In this document: piece after piece, positions 38,869 to 52,860 of the stretch
How the letters are laid out: every line of letters starts with the position of its first letter
Numbering within the stretch: the stretch's first letter is position 1
Assembly: GCF_021869535.1 (NCBI RefSeq)
Contig: NW_026262671.1
Span: forward strand, 6,572,001-6,636,000
DNA from: Mytilus californianus
Taxonomy: Eukaryota
Length of the DNA: 64,000 nucleotides
Direction: 5' to 3'
Position numbers and translations under genes: made by a program
The notes under the pieces: model-generated
What the model was told of the DNA's origin: nothing
What the model saw: the letters and a program-made list of their open reading frames with translations, nothing else
The model's database searches: none

Positions 38869-39497
38869 ATTTTTTGAAAATGTGTCTTGTTGTGGTAAAA
38901 GTAAATACTCCCTCGATCCCGAACTCAGTGATGATGAAAAAGAGAAAAACGAAATCAAATGGAAAAGACAGATTTTGATGATTCGTATTACATTTGGATT
39001 ACTATTCAACATTGTTGCTTTTATAACAGTGTGTGTGGTGAAAAGAGAAATATTTATAGAAGGAAATATTGCTCTGGGATTGTTTATAACTATTGTATTT
39101 TTACTGTGATATCATATATTATCATTGAAGTAGCATTGTGGCTTATTATGTATGCTGATGACTCGAGCTTTGACGATGTTTTAACAAGTATGATTTGTAT
39201 AGTATTTTACAGAATATATGAAATAGAATTTGATGTGTTGGTGTTTTTCTACAGTCTGGTTTTATCAAACTGGGAAATGACAGAGTTTACAACCGCTACA
39301 ACTGTACTTGGTTGTTTAGACATAGTTATAAATATTATCATACTTGGAAGGAATTGTTATGACGTGATAAAGTTAAAAAGGGACTCAGATAAAAAGAACA
39401 TGTTGCAATTATTGTTATTTTAGGTGTCGTGCTTTCACCTATAATAGCAATTGCGTTTTTGATTTGTATTGTATATGACTTTAAAAAAGTATTATGA
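38869..39497 (+). pseudogene. Membrane-protein family copy D, frameshifted, 5' end cut by a TIR element
   Basis: Overlapping ORFs 38882-39109 (SCCGKSK...WKRQILMIRITFGLLFNIV) and 38959-39423 (YRIYEIEFDVLVFFYSLVLSNWEMTEFTTATTVLGCLDI). Homology starts immediately after the TSD at 38863-38868. Confidence 0.88.
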
Positions 39498-41583
39498 TCG
39501 CATCTAAATTAATTAAGTTTTTAACTGAATAAATATCAATGTGTATATAATATTAATGTTATTGCTGTTGTTGAAATTGTAATCATATAGTATACCGTAA
39601 GCTTGTACAATGTGTTTTGCAACTCATCATGGTCTGTTCGAAATTGTTTAAAGTAAACCCCCTTAAGTTATATGTCATATACATTACTGTTGAATAACAA
39701 TTATGTTTTGTGTATTTTAAAGAGCAGATTTATATAGGTCGAATACGTGTTGAGTAAATAAAGGTTTTTAATAAATTTATTTCATTGCAGAAAGGTTATT
39801 GACAAGTTCTGAATATGCAATCGTCCTTTGTTGGAGTAAAACAATTGATATAAATATAATATAGTTACTTTATTCATCTTCTAAAATCATCTGCTCATCT
39901 GATCTTAAGGATGCACTGGGGTGAGGGTTTCAAATTTGTGTCAGATGTTCGGACTCCTGGTGTTTTTCCCTATGATACAAGGTAAAATATTTTGCTCCAT
40001 AACACCGATTTATCTTTTCATATAATATAAAAAAAGGAAGATGTGGTATGATTGCCAATGAGACAAATCTCCATAAGAGACCAAAATGACTCTGAAATTA
40101 ACAATTATAGGTCACCGTACGGCCTTCAACAATAACAAAGCCCATACTGCATAGTCAGCTATAAAAGGCCCCGAAATGACAATGTAAAACAATTAAAACG
40201 AGAAAACTAACGGCCTTTTTTATGTACAAAAAATGAACGAAAAACAAATATGTAACACATAAACAAACGACAACCACTGAATGACAGGCTCCTGACTTGG
40301 GACAGGCACATACATACAGAATGTGGCGGGGTTAAACATGTTAGAGGAATCACAATCCTCCCCCTTACCTGGGACAGTGGTATAACAGTACAACAAAAGA
40401 ACGAACTAAAAAAATCAGTTGAAAAAGGCTTAATTCATTAAATGGACAAAAATAATAATAAACAAAAGAAAAATATGACTTTATAGCTAAGAATAGGCCA
40501 CTTACCAAAATTTAAGTAGATTCTTGGTTTTCTTTCTTTAGACTTGAGACACAAATAATACCAATGCAAAATCAGGTAAAAGTCCGAGTCAGCTTTTTCC
40601 CGCCATATTTTAAAAATCGAATATCTCGAAAAGGAGCTCCATGACCTATCAATATTTTTACCTTATGTTTTTTTTAATTTATCATCTAATTACTACCACT
40701 ATTTTATTTCATTAATTATTGTAAATTTCACTGTTATTAATACATGTAATATCATTATTACAATCCTAATTTTGAACTCTATCCTATTTTTTGGAAATTT
40801 TTAGAAATATATATGTGACGTCACTTTTGTGCATCGATCTATTCGGCTAACATATAATACATTGTTCGGCTGTGCTGTTTTATGTGCTGATTTAGGTTGT
40901 TTTACGTATTCGTTTGTTTTTTGTAGTTAGTCACCAATTCGGTGTTAAGATGTATAGACGAAACACGCGTCTGGCGTATTACATTATAAGCCTGGTATAT
41001 TTAATAATTATTAGCTTGTCATAATGTTCTATTGTATTGTTTATTTGTGTGTGTCACTGATGGATGAGTCTAATGTAGACGAAACAAGCGTCTGGTGTAT
41101 TAAATTATAAGCCAAGTATCTTTAACAACTATTAGCTTGTCGTAATGTTCTATTGTATTGTTTATTTGTGTGTTTCTCTGTCCTTTGTATGTTCTTCCAT
41201 TTATTTGTATTGTAGTCCTGTCGTGTAATGTTGTCATAATAATGTTGTATTCAACATTGCCATAAAAGCGGCAGGTTTTGCTAGAAACAAAACCAGGTTC
41301 AACCCACCTTTCTTTCTCAAAATGTCCTGTACCAAGTCAAGAAAATGACCATTGTTATATTATAGTTCATTTCTGTGTGTGTTGCATTTAAGAGTTTCTG
41401 TTGTGTCGTTTTTTTCTTCTTATATTTGATGTGTTTCCCTCAGTTGTAGTTTGTAACCCGGAGTTGTTTTTTTCTCAATCGATTTATGAATTTCAAACAG
41501 CGGTATACTACTTTTACCTTTATTTATCCTTAACTAATGCTGTTCCGTGTTATATTAACAATTTAAAATTCTTGATTTATTTA

Positions 41584-41883
41584 TTGCATATTCAATTTGT
41601 GCAATAAATATACAGTTATAGATTTGTTTTGTTTCATTCCTTCGCCAGAATAATATAAACAACAAACAATTGAAATTTGGCTTATTATTTGTCATGGCAT
41701 TTATTCAACAATATTCAACAATATCAATCAACAAACAACCAACATCAACAAAATGGCCAACAAGTTAAAACTTGATGACAATTGGTCACTGAAGGTAAAA
41801 CCAACAGTAAATGCATAATAATTTCTAGCTGCTGGGCAGATCCATAACAGCTCAATGAACAATATTTGAATAAATCACTGCCA
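41584..41883 (-). repeat. Split direct repeat B2 (300 bp), 3' terminus of the YR retrotransposon
   Basis: Near-identical to 42399-42698. Confidence 0.92.
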
Positions 41884-42154
41884 GTTGAATCAATGTGATG
41901 ATGACACCCAACGCACATTCCATATAGAACGTAATGCCATGACGATAGACATTTTTTTATTTATTCTTACTGCAAATTTCTTGAATATTCAGGTTTCATT
42001 GAATCTGCCGATGAATGTTGAAACGTCCGACATTTGTGATGATATATGACAATCTAATTGAAATATTCAATACATGTGGTTCTGTTTACCATGTAATCTG
42101 AAAAATAAACTTAAAACAGCAGCAATTTTGTTTATCAAAGGTTGGGAGGGTGGG

Positions 42155-42698
42155 TTGTGCAATTCTGTTGAGAAAAAATCATTGAATGAAAATTGAGCGG
42201 GAACACGTGTTTATATATGACAAAAGTCCACGAGGCGCTTCAAAGCATATTCTTTCGTATGTTTACATATATGGTTGTAAAGATTTAAATGGCAAACCGT
42301 AAACAATGGACTGACTGTACAATCGAAACTCAATAAACAAATACATGTATTTTGAATGCAATAAATCAATTTAATTATTAGATCATTAAATTTTATTATT
42401 GCCTATTCAATTTGTGCAATAAATATACAATAATATATTTGTTTTGTTTCATTCCTTCGCCAGAATAATATAAACAACAAACAATTGAAAATTGGCTTAT
42501 TATTTGTCATGGCATTTATTCAACAATATTCAACAATATCAACCAACAAAAAACCAACATCAACAAACTGGCCAACAAGTTAAAACTTGATGACAATTGG
42601 TCACTGAAGGTAAAACCAACAGTAAATGCATAATAATTTTTAGCTGCTGGGCAGATCCATAACAGCTCAATGAACAATATTTAAATAAATCACTGCCA
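42155..42698 (-). repeat. Internal B1-A2 junction copy of the split direct repeats
   Basis: 42155-42398 matches 52617-52860 and directly abuts 42399-42698, which matches 41584-41883. Confidence 0.92.
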
Positions 42699-43032
42699 AA
42701 ATTGGCATTTTAGTGAACTCTCAATCAAATGCTAATCCGCCATGACAATTGAATAAGCAGCATAAATTAAACGAAAATATAATCAACTAGTTGTTATTCA
42801 TTTCAACATGCAACAAATATAAACAAACATCATTCATGCATCGGATAAACAGAATTATTTTATATATAATCAAATTGTTCTAAAGCAGTTTGAAAAGAAT
42901 TCAAAACTATATCATTGCCAAGAAACGATAAATGTACTCCATCATGACTAACCAAAGATAAAAGTTTGACTTCAAAATCAGAATGAATTAAAGTGTAACC
43001 CCCCAGTTTTAATTAAATGTGATTTAACTTCC

Positions 43033-43323
43033 CTATTTGTACGTTTCCTGGTTGCATCCATTGCTTTTAAATCTTTTGAACATTTTCATTTCAACCTTGG
43101 TAATATGCTTGAAAAAATAATTTAACTTCCATTCACCATACGTCCAATTATATCTAGCATAAATTAAATATAAAATAAAAGTTTTTGCAGAGTTTACAAG
43201 TCTAATTTCATTGCCACCACAGTGAAGCAAAACAACATCTGGTAAACCCCAACCATGTATCACATTCTCTACTATTGGGACAAAATTATATAGTGACACA
43301 CCGGACATTCCTGCCCACATCAA
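43033..43323 (-). pseudogene. SGNH-hydrolase-like accessory ORF fragment of the Ngaro-type element
   Basis: WAGMSG...HGWGLPDVVLLHCGGNEI (GxN(D) block-like) downstream of the YR remnant. Hydrolase ORFs are known in some animal Ngaro elements. Confidence 0.6.
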
Positions 43324-45009
43324 CTTGTATGTAACTGTATGTTATTTGTTAATGTTTTGACAACACAATGTTCATCATCATTATCATTTGAAGACAATAT
43401 TAAACTTGTCGAACAACCAATTTGCTCCTTCTTAGAAGACATAATTGTAACAAAAACTTTAGGATTAATATCATTAAAATTTAATATCTGATTTTTTTTT
43501 AAACAGGATTATCAGTTTTGTGATTTCTCTAATTCTCCTAAATCAAAAAAAAGGCTTAAGCAAAACCTCCCCTAAACATTTACAAACATTGAAGAATTAA
43601 TTCAAGTTGTTTTAATACATCAACAGTAATAGGTTTTCTTTAATCAACTCTTTTACCAAGACGCTGCATACCTTTTAACATTATTTTCAAAATAAATGAT
43701 TTGCTATAATCATTTCAATTATTCATTTTCAACTTATGATTAATTCCTGATAGATATGTTTTTGAAAGATATGTAAATTAATTGTATGATTAACAGGAGG
43801 TGGCCAACTTTCCTCTATTTGAAAACAGGTCAGAAATTTATGAATGAATAGATGCATTTACATATACATCCATTGTATTTGAAGAAACAGATTGCTGTAA
43901 AAGTTTATTCACTTCATCTTTAAAAGGTTCCAGAACTCCACTGGAATTGGATGTGTAAAATCGCTGTCAAGTGGTGCAGACATTGAAATTTCTGAAAATT
44001 TGCACGAGATAATGCATCAGCAATTGCATTGTCCTTTGACAAAATGTGAACAGCTTTAAACTGAAAATTACCAATTAGTGAACAGTGAATAAATAAACTA
44101 AAAACGGACGTAACTAGATAATATTTTCTTGACATTTTGTTTAAAACATTCACTACTGCCAGGTTATCAATGTGAAAAAGTATGTTTCTTGTATAATTTA
44201 TCAAACCAGTGTTATTGGAATGATTTCAAAATATGTTATATCTTCAATTATTTCTGAACTATTCCATTCTTTATGCCACTCAATTGACCATTAATATAAA
44301 TTGTACACCTTTTACCTAATTCACCAGCAGTATCTGTATATAGTTCAAAATAAAAAAATGATATCCATCCTATATCATTTAAATACGAAATCCTATTATA
44401 CTGTTCCAAAAATAATTTCCATATCAATAGATAAAAGTGAAACGATTTTGACACTTTGTCCATGGTCGAATACAACTAAACGCTCTTCCAGCAGGTATAG
44501 CCTTCGTGCAGAAAACTTATGAACCACATATTGACTGCAATTCTTTTAACGTTACTTTTTTCATGGCTTAAAAATTATTAATTCTGTTTCAAAGTTCTTC
44601 AATCTTTTCATGTGGAATTTAAACAAGCATATTAACAGTATCAATTGTAAGACCCAGATATTCAATCAGTGTAGTTGGACCTTCATTTTTTTTTCATTTG
44701 CAAGTGAGACTACAATATCTTTGCAAATTTCATCATTCTGAAACATCAGTTGTTCACATTAATCAGAATCTGATTAGCCAACAAAATTAAAAATCTTCCA
44801 AATAGTGGTCTATATTATTTAAACCAGACTTATTTTTAAAACCAATTCAAAAGGCTAAAAACTTCTCAAATTTAGCATATGAAATTGAGCAGCCCAATGT
44901 CATTGCCTCGTCTATGTAGTATTCATCTACAATTTTAAAACCAAGTTAGTCAAAATCTCATGTATAAACCGGAAGTAATCAACAGCATTATCAAATGAAG
45001 AATATTTAA

Positions 45010-45599
45010 GGTAGATTCATGGTATACCGCCATCTTGGATTGTACAATCGCAGTACACAATCGGTCTAGATCTTTGCCAAATCTGCAAATTTGGAGACAG
45101 ATAGGCAATTTATAAGTTAGACTGTTTATTTGATGAAAGAAAACTTGGTGATTTATTGCATTATTCAAAATATTTTAATAAATTCCAAATAATTGTGTTT
45201 TTAGAATCATTTTTTCAACTTGGCCATTTAAGGGGAGATAACTCTTTTAGTAAAAAATTTAAACTGGACTGATAGGGAAATTTTAATTTTTTACTTGTAG
45301 CAAGAAAACAAGTTCGGTTACACCATTTTTTCTTTTTATTTTCTTAAAGCATATTATAAAACCTATCTTCTCATATTTTATTTCAAAATTCTATCTCATA
45401 GATTTCTTTTTAAGCACAAAAATGTGTTTTTTCATGAACAATCTAAGCAAATTTGTGCAATTTCATACGACCCGTACCTTGAAAAATAGCACGGTGACCC
45501 ATACTTTTTATTATATTTTTGGAAAAAGCATAGAAAAATCATTATTTTGGCAAAGTATAAAAAAATTCTGTCAGAGGAAATGTATACCTATGATCTACC
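45010..45599. mobile_element. 590-bp non-autonomous TTAA-target element (Kolobok-like) inserted in the RT, unit 1
   Basis: TTAA|GGTAGATTCATGGTATAC ... GTATACCTATGATCTACC|TTAA. Empty site tttaacagag is present in unit 3 (50869-50872). Confidence 0.88.
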
Positions 45600-47943
45600 T
45601 TAACAGAGTTAAACCTTTCATCAATGAGGTCGTTAACGCTGCTCAATGGCGGATATGATAAATGGGTAATCAGACGAAAAACCTGATTTCTTCTTTGTTC
45701 TGTTTTTTTGTTTTTGTTTTTGTTTTTTTTTTTAACTTATCCAATAGGAGAATATCTAAGATTAGATATTCGTCTTTTACAAAAAGCACCTGCTATTCTT
45801 CATAATGATATTTCAGATTCAATCTTACATCTAGTTCCAATAGGATTTGACCAAACAGATTTTAAATTTTGATTCAAGTGGAAATCTTGGTTAATTATGA
45901 TTCAATCTAAATCCAAATTTAAAACCAATAAACAAAATTTGTTTGTCCTGTTCATTAGGATAATCTTAATTGTTCAATATTAATAGGTGAATGTCCTTTC
46001 TTCCAAATATCATATTTATCCTTTGACAATTCTGAAAGAAAAGTTAACTATACGTCATTTGATTAATTCTAGGGACGAAATACCTTGTGTTTATTGGTGG
46101 CCTATATCTATTTGTTGAACAAATGAAGGCCTGTTTTGTCGAAACTGGTTAGACATATGAGATCTGTTTTGGATAAACACTGGTGGCATCAATGATCCCT
46201 TATGAAAACCTTGGTTACTTTGTAAGCTATCAAATCTAACACATAAGACTGGATGTTGTAATGAACATTTCATACAGTTATGTCTGTAAAACACTGAAAT
46301 TTCTGACAATAACCGTTAAAGTTATAATCATAACAATGTCTTTGTAAGTTAGCCTGGCAGACTACAGGATTAGGTGTGCCTTGCAATCCCTTTACAATGA
46401 ATTTGAACTAAAGAAAGCCATCAATCTCAGACAACGATTTAGAGTGTTTAAGTGATACACTTAATCTCCAAATCCTCCCCTAAACATTTACAAACATTGA
46501 AAAATTAATTCAAGTTGTTTTAATACATCAACAGTAATAGGTTTTCTTTTATCAACTCTTTTACCAAGACGCTGCATACCTTTTAACATTATTTTCAAAA
46601 TAAATGATTTGCTATAATCATTTCAATTATTCATTTTCAACTTATGATTAATTTCTGATAGATATATTTTTGAAGGTTATAGGAATAACTATTTTTGAAA
46701 GATATGTAAATTAATCGTATGATTAACAGGAGGTGGCCAACTTTCCTCTATTCGAAAACAGGTCAGAAATTTATGAATGAATAGATGCATTTACATATAC
46801 ATCCATTGTATTTGAAGAAACAGATTGCTGTAAAAGTTTATTCACTTCATCTTTAAAGGTTCCAGAACTCCACTGGAATTGGATGTGGAAAATTGCTGTC
46901 AAGTGGTGCAGACATTGAAATTTCTGAAAATTTGCACGAGATAATGCATCAGCAATTGCATTGTCCTTTGACAAAATGTGAACAGCTTTAAACTGAAAAT
47001 TACCAATCAGTGAACAGTGAATAATTAAACTAAAAACGGACGTAACTAGTTAATATTTTTCTTGACATTTTGTTTAAAACATTCACTACTGCCAGGTTAT
47101 CAATGTGAAAAAGTATGTTTCTTGTATAATTTATCAAACCAGTGTTATTGGAATGATTTCAAAATATGTTATATCTTCAATTATTTCTGAACTATTCCAT
47201 TCTTTATGCCACTCAATTGACCATTAATATAAATTGTACACCTTTTACCTAATTCACAAGCAGTATCTGTATATAGTTCAAAATAATAAAATGATATCCA
47301 TCCTATATCATTTTAATACGAAATCCTATTATACTGTTCCAAAAATAATTTCCATATCAATAGATAAAAGTGAAACGATTTTGACACTTTGTCCATGGTC
47401 GAATACAACTAAACGCTCTTCCAGCAGGTATAGCCTTCGTGCAGAAAACTTATGAACCACATATTGACTGCAATTCTTTTAACGTTACTTTTTTCATGGC
47501 TTAAAAATTATTAATTCTGTTTCAAAGTTCTTCAATCTTTTCATGTGGAATTTAAACAAGCATATTAACAGTATCAATTGTAAGACCCAGATATTCAATC
47601 AGTGTAGTTGGACCTTCATTTTTTTTTTCATTTGCAAGTGAGACTACAATATCTTTGCAAATTTCATCATTCTGAAACATCAGTTGTTCACATTAATCAG
47701 AATCTGATTAGCCAACAAAATTAAAAATCTTCCAAATAGTGGTTTATATTATTTAAACCAGACTTATTTTTAAAACCAATTCAAAAGGCTAAAAACTTCT
47801 CAAATTTAGCATATGAAATTGAGCAGCCCAATGTCATTGCCTCGTCTATGTAGTATTCATCTACAATTTTAAAACCAAGTTAGTCAAAATCTCATGTATA
47901 AACCGGAAGTAATCAACAGCATTATCAAATGAAGAATATTTAA

Positions 47944-48533
47944 GGTAGATTCATGGTATACCGCCATCTTGAATTGTACAATCGCAGTACACAATCGGTC
48001 TAGATCTTTGCCAAATCTGCAAATTTGGAGACAGATAGGCAATTTATAGGTTAGACTGTTTATTTAATGAAAGAAAACTTGGTGATTTATTGCATTATTC
48101 AAAACATTTTAATAAATTCCAAATAATTGTGTTTTTAGAATCATTTTTTCAACTTGGCCATTTAAGGGGAGATAACTCTTTTAGTAAAAAATTTAAACTG
48201 GACTGATAGGGAAATTTTAATTTTTTACTTGTAGCAAGAAAACAAGTTCGGTGACACCATTTTTTCTTTTTATTTTCTTAAAGCATATTATAAAACCTAT
48301 CTTCTCATATTTTATTTCAAAATTCTATCTCATAGATTTCTTTTTAAGCACAAAAATGTGTTTTTTCATGAACAATCTAAGCAAATTTGTGCAATTTCGA
48401 ACGACCCGTACCTTGAAAAATAGCACGGTGACCCATACTTTTTATTATATTTTTAGAAAAAGGATAGAAAAATCATTATTTTGGCAAAGTATAAAAAAAT
48501 TCTATCTGAGGAAATGTATACCTATGATCTACC
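47944..48533. mobile_element. Same 590-bp TTAA-target element, unit 2
   Basis: Same termini and TTAA duplication at the orthologous position. Confidence 0.88.
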
Positions 48534-51500
48534 TTAACAGAGTTAAACCTTCATCAATGAAGTCGTTAACGCTGCTCAATGGCGGATATGATAAATGGGT
48601 AATCAGACGAAAAACCTGATTTCTTTTTGTTTTGTTTTTTTGTTTTTGTGTTTTTTTTTTTTTTAACTTATCCAATAGGAAAAAATTTAAGATTAGATAT
48701 TCGTCTTTTACAAAAAGCACCTGCTATTCTTCATAATGATATTTCAGATTCAATCTTACATCTAGCTCCAATAGGATTTGCCCAAACAGATTTTAAATTT
48801 TGATTCAAGTGGAAATCTTGGTTAATTATGATTCAATCTAAATCCAAATTTAAAACCAATTAACAAAATTAGTTTGTCCTGTTCATTAGGATAATCTTAA
48901 TTGTTCAATATTAATAGGTGAATGTCCTTTCTTCCAAATATCATATTTATCCTTTGACAATTCTGAAAGAAAAGTTAACTATACGTCATTTGATTAATTC
49001 TAGGGACGAAATACCTTGTGTTTATTGGTGGCCTATATCTATTTGTTGAACAAATGAAGGTCTGTTTTGTCGAAACTGGTTAGACATATGAGATCTGTTT
49101 TGGATAAACACTGGTGGCATCAATGATCCCTTATGAAAACCTTGGTTACTTTGTAAGCTATCAAATCTAACACATAAAACTGGATATTGTAATGAACATT
49201 TCATACAGTTATGTCTGTAAAACACTGAAATTTCTGACAATAACCGTTAAAGTTATAATCATAACAATGTCTTTGTAAGTTAGCCTGGCAGACTACAGGA
49301 TTAGGTGTGCCTTGCAATCCCTTTACAATGAATTTGAACTAAAGAAAGCCATCAATCTCAGACAACGATTTAGAGTGTTTAAGTGATACACTTAATCTCC
49401 AAATCCTCCCCTAAACATTTACAAACATTGAAGAATTAATTCAAGTTGTTTTAATACATCAACAGTAATAGGTTTTCTTTTATCAACTCTTTTACCAAGA
49501 CGCTGCATACCTTTTAACATTATTTTCAAAATAAATGATTTGCTATAATCATTTCAATTATTCATTTTCAACTTATGATTAATTCCTGATAGATATGTTT
49601 TTGAAGGTTATAGGAATAACTATATTTGAAAGATATGTACATTAATTGTATGATTAACAGGAGGTGGCCAACTTTTCTCTATTCGAAAACAGGTCAGAAA
49701 TTTATGAATGAATAGATGCATTTTCATACACATCCATTGTATTTGAAGAAACAGATTGCTGTAAAAGTTTATTCATTTCATCTTTAAAAGGTTCCAGAAC
49801 TCCACTGGAATTGGATGTGTAAAATCGCTGTCAAGTGGTGCAGACATTGAAATTTCTGAAAATTTGCACGAGATAATGCATCAGCAATTGCATTGTCCTT
49901 TGACAAAATGTGAACAGCTTTAAACTGAAAATTACCAATTAGTAAACAGTGAATAATTAAACTAAAAACGGACGTAACTAGTTAATATTTTCTTGACATT
50001 TTGTTTAAAACATTCACTACTGCCAGGTTATCAATGTGAAAAAGTATGTTTCTTGTATAATTTATCAAACCAGTGTTATTGGAATGATTTCAAAATATGT
50101 TTTATCTTCAATTATTTCTGAACTATTCCATTCTTTATGCCACTCAATTGACCATTAATATAAATTGTACACCCTTTACCTAATTCACCAGCAGTATCTG
50201 TATATTGTTCAAAATAAAAAAATGATATCCATCCTATATCATTTAAATACGAAATCCTATTATACTGTTCCAAAAATAATTTCCATATCAATAGATAAAA
50301 GTGAAACGATTTTGACACTTTGTCCATGGTCGAATACAACTAAACGCTCTTCCAGCAGGTATAGCCTTCGTGCAGAAAACTAATGAACCACATATTGACT
50401 GCAATTCTTTTAACTTTACTTTTTTCATGGCTTAAAAATTATTAATTCTGTTTAAAAGTTCTTCAATCTTTTCATGTGGAATTTAAACAAGCATATTAAC
50501 AGTATCAATTGTGAGACCCAGATATTCAATAAGTGTTGTTGGACCTTCATTTTTTTTTCATTTGCAAGTGAGACTACAATATCTTTGCAAATTTCATCAT
50601 TCTGAAACATCAGTTGTTCACATTAATCAGAATCTGATTAGCCAACAAAATTGAAAATCTTCCAAATAGTTGTCTATATTATTAAACCCGACTTATTTTT
50701 AAAACAAATTCAAAAGGCTAAAAACTTTTCAAATTTAGCATATGAAATTGAGCAGCCCAATGTCATTGCCTCGTCTATGTAGTATTCATCTACAATTTTA
50801 AAACCAAGTTAGTCAAAATCTCATGTATAAACCGTAGTTCATCAACAGCATTATCAAATGAAGAATATTTAACAGAGGTAAACCTTTCATCAATGAAATC
50901 GTTAACGCTGCTAAGTTAGCCTGGCAGACTACAGGATTAGGTGTGCCTTGCGATCCCTTTACAATGAATTTCAACCAAAGAAAGCCATCAATCTCAGACA
51001 ACGATATAGAGTGTTTTAGTGATACACTTAATCTAAATTTTCTATCATACGGGTAAACTCTGTCAAAATGTGCATCTGATATAAAAACTCTTATGATTAA
51101 CATGTATGTAAACAAGTCTTGTGCTAAGCTAGCATATTTTTGAAGAAGTATTTTTAAAAAAAAATTGCAAATGCTTCAGTCCATAATTCAATGTTATTTA
51201 TTGTATTGTCCTTTGAAGGGTAATGAGAAATGACAAGCATTCCATTTTTAACAGTAACACTCTGTTTCTGGTCCAAACTACTATAATATTGACTATTTTG
51301 TTGAAGAAGAGTACCAAAATCAACATTTTTACAATTCCTAATTTTCTCTATTATTTGCTGAGAAAAAATGATGTCAATTTCATAAGAACATGGTATAAAC
51401 AAAGGACAGTAGTATTTAAAGTATTACCCGGTTGAGCGTAAACTGCCGTAGTTTTCAGTTGTTTCTGAGGTGGAGGTTGATTATTGGGCTCCACAGGTTG

Positions 51501-52616
51501 ATCTGGTTGTTGAAGCTGCACGCCTTCTTTTTCCGTGTCTTCCTCTGTTTACCACTCGGACAACTCCTCAGGGACGGGTACCTGTTTTGGTGCTGGTGCT
51601 TCACGAGGAGCAGGTCGTTGAACCACAACGTTGTTTACCCTTGGTCTTAATCTCCGGCTTACTTCATTTCTTCTATTCTTTTATAAAATGAAGTCATTAT
51701 AAGTATATTGTTTTTATAAATATATAAAGATGTTATAATTTATGAAACATTACATTGATGCCTCGGCTGCATATAGATAAAATGCTCCGTACCTAAAATA
51801 TATACTATTATAAATGTGTATATAATGTACGCCTCTTAAGACATCTATAAGTGTATAATAACCAGCAGTTATTTGAACGGCAGTTGTAAATGCCATTACA
51901 TTTGTAATAATCGTGTGTTCCATAACATGATAACAGGTATACTATCATTATCAATTTATTGAATCAAATTTAAAGAAAGCTTTATATGCACAATAACATG
52001 CAGCAAACTAAACATCAGTTGTATTTATAATTAAATAAATGACGTCACATTTGTAATAATCGGGCCTTCCGTAACTTGAATAACCGGTATTTCAGTGTCA
52101 ATTTAATACCTGAATTATATGCAGGTAAAGCACGCAAATTAAAATAATGTAACTAAGCGTATATTTGTCAGCAAGCCTACAAAGGATTCCATAGCTAGTT
52201 AAACATGAGAATATTTATTGCTACTATGGTAAAATAGAAACAAAAACTTACCGATAAAAATACCTTGTTAAAGAACTGTGAATTAAATGCAACAACCATA
52301 AGTAAATGAAATGAATGGTAATAAATAAGCACATATATATATAAATCTAATTAAAGTGACATTAAACAATTCAATAATTTAATAATGAACGTGACGAGAA
52401 ACATATAATTATACGAACACATGCGAGCACGTGTTAAATTTAAAGTTACCCGTTTTACTTTATCGTCACAGAATTTCAACTCACAGGTAAAAAACGGTTT
52501 GCTCTTTAAATATAAACCAAATTATTATAGTGAATTAAAATGAATAAAAGGAAACATATCTAAAGTATAACGGATAAACTTAACCAACTTATCTTATTTA
52601 CACTCTAGTCCTATCC

Positions 52617-52860
52617 TTGTGCAATTCTGTTGAGAAATAATCATTGAATGAAAATTGAGCGGGAACACGTGTTTATATATGACAAAAGTCCACGAGGCGC
52701 TTCAAAGCATATTCTTTCGTATGTTTAAATATATGGATGTAAAGATTTAAATGGCAAACCGTAAACAATGGACTGACTGTACAATCGAAACTCAATAAAC
52801 AAATACATGTATTTTGAATGCAATAAATCAATGTAATTATTAGATCATTAAATTTTATTA
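52617..52860 (-). repeat. Split direct repeat A1 (244 bp), 5' terminus of the YR retrotransposon
   Basis: Near-identical to 42155-42398. Confidence 0.92.

Larger units (their letters stand above)
43561..51034. repeat. Tandem triplication of the gag-end/RT/RNase H/YR-start segment
   Basis: Units 43561-46468, 46469-49399 and 49400-51034, each starting caaa(a/t)cctcccctaaacatttac. Identical ORF fragments recur at 44301, 47234 and 50165. Confidence 0.95.
41581..52860 (-). mobile_element. Ngaro/PAT-type tyrosine-recombinase retrotransposon with split direct repeats, degenerate and internally triplicated
   Basis: Minus-strand order A1(52617-52860), gag, RT, RNase H, YR, SGNH-like ORF, B1(42399-42698), A2(42155-42398), spacer, B2(41584-41883). 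Motifs: gag NIELWTEAFAIF and YDRKFRL...IDGFLWL; RT FRLITHLSYP...SVNDFIDE and TLGCSISYAKFEKF; RNase H DNLAVVNVLNK and DNAIADALSR; LPDVVLLHCGGN. Confidence 0.9.

Noticed and set aside
44301-50383. Thrice-repeated + strand ORFs (MYTFYLIH..., MCFFMNNL...)
   Set aside because: Recurrence reflects the tandem triplication; they are antisense to retrotransposon sequence or lie within the inserted element.
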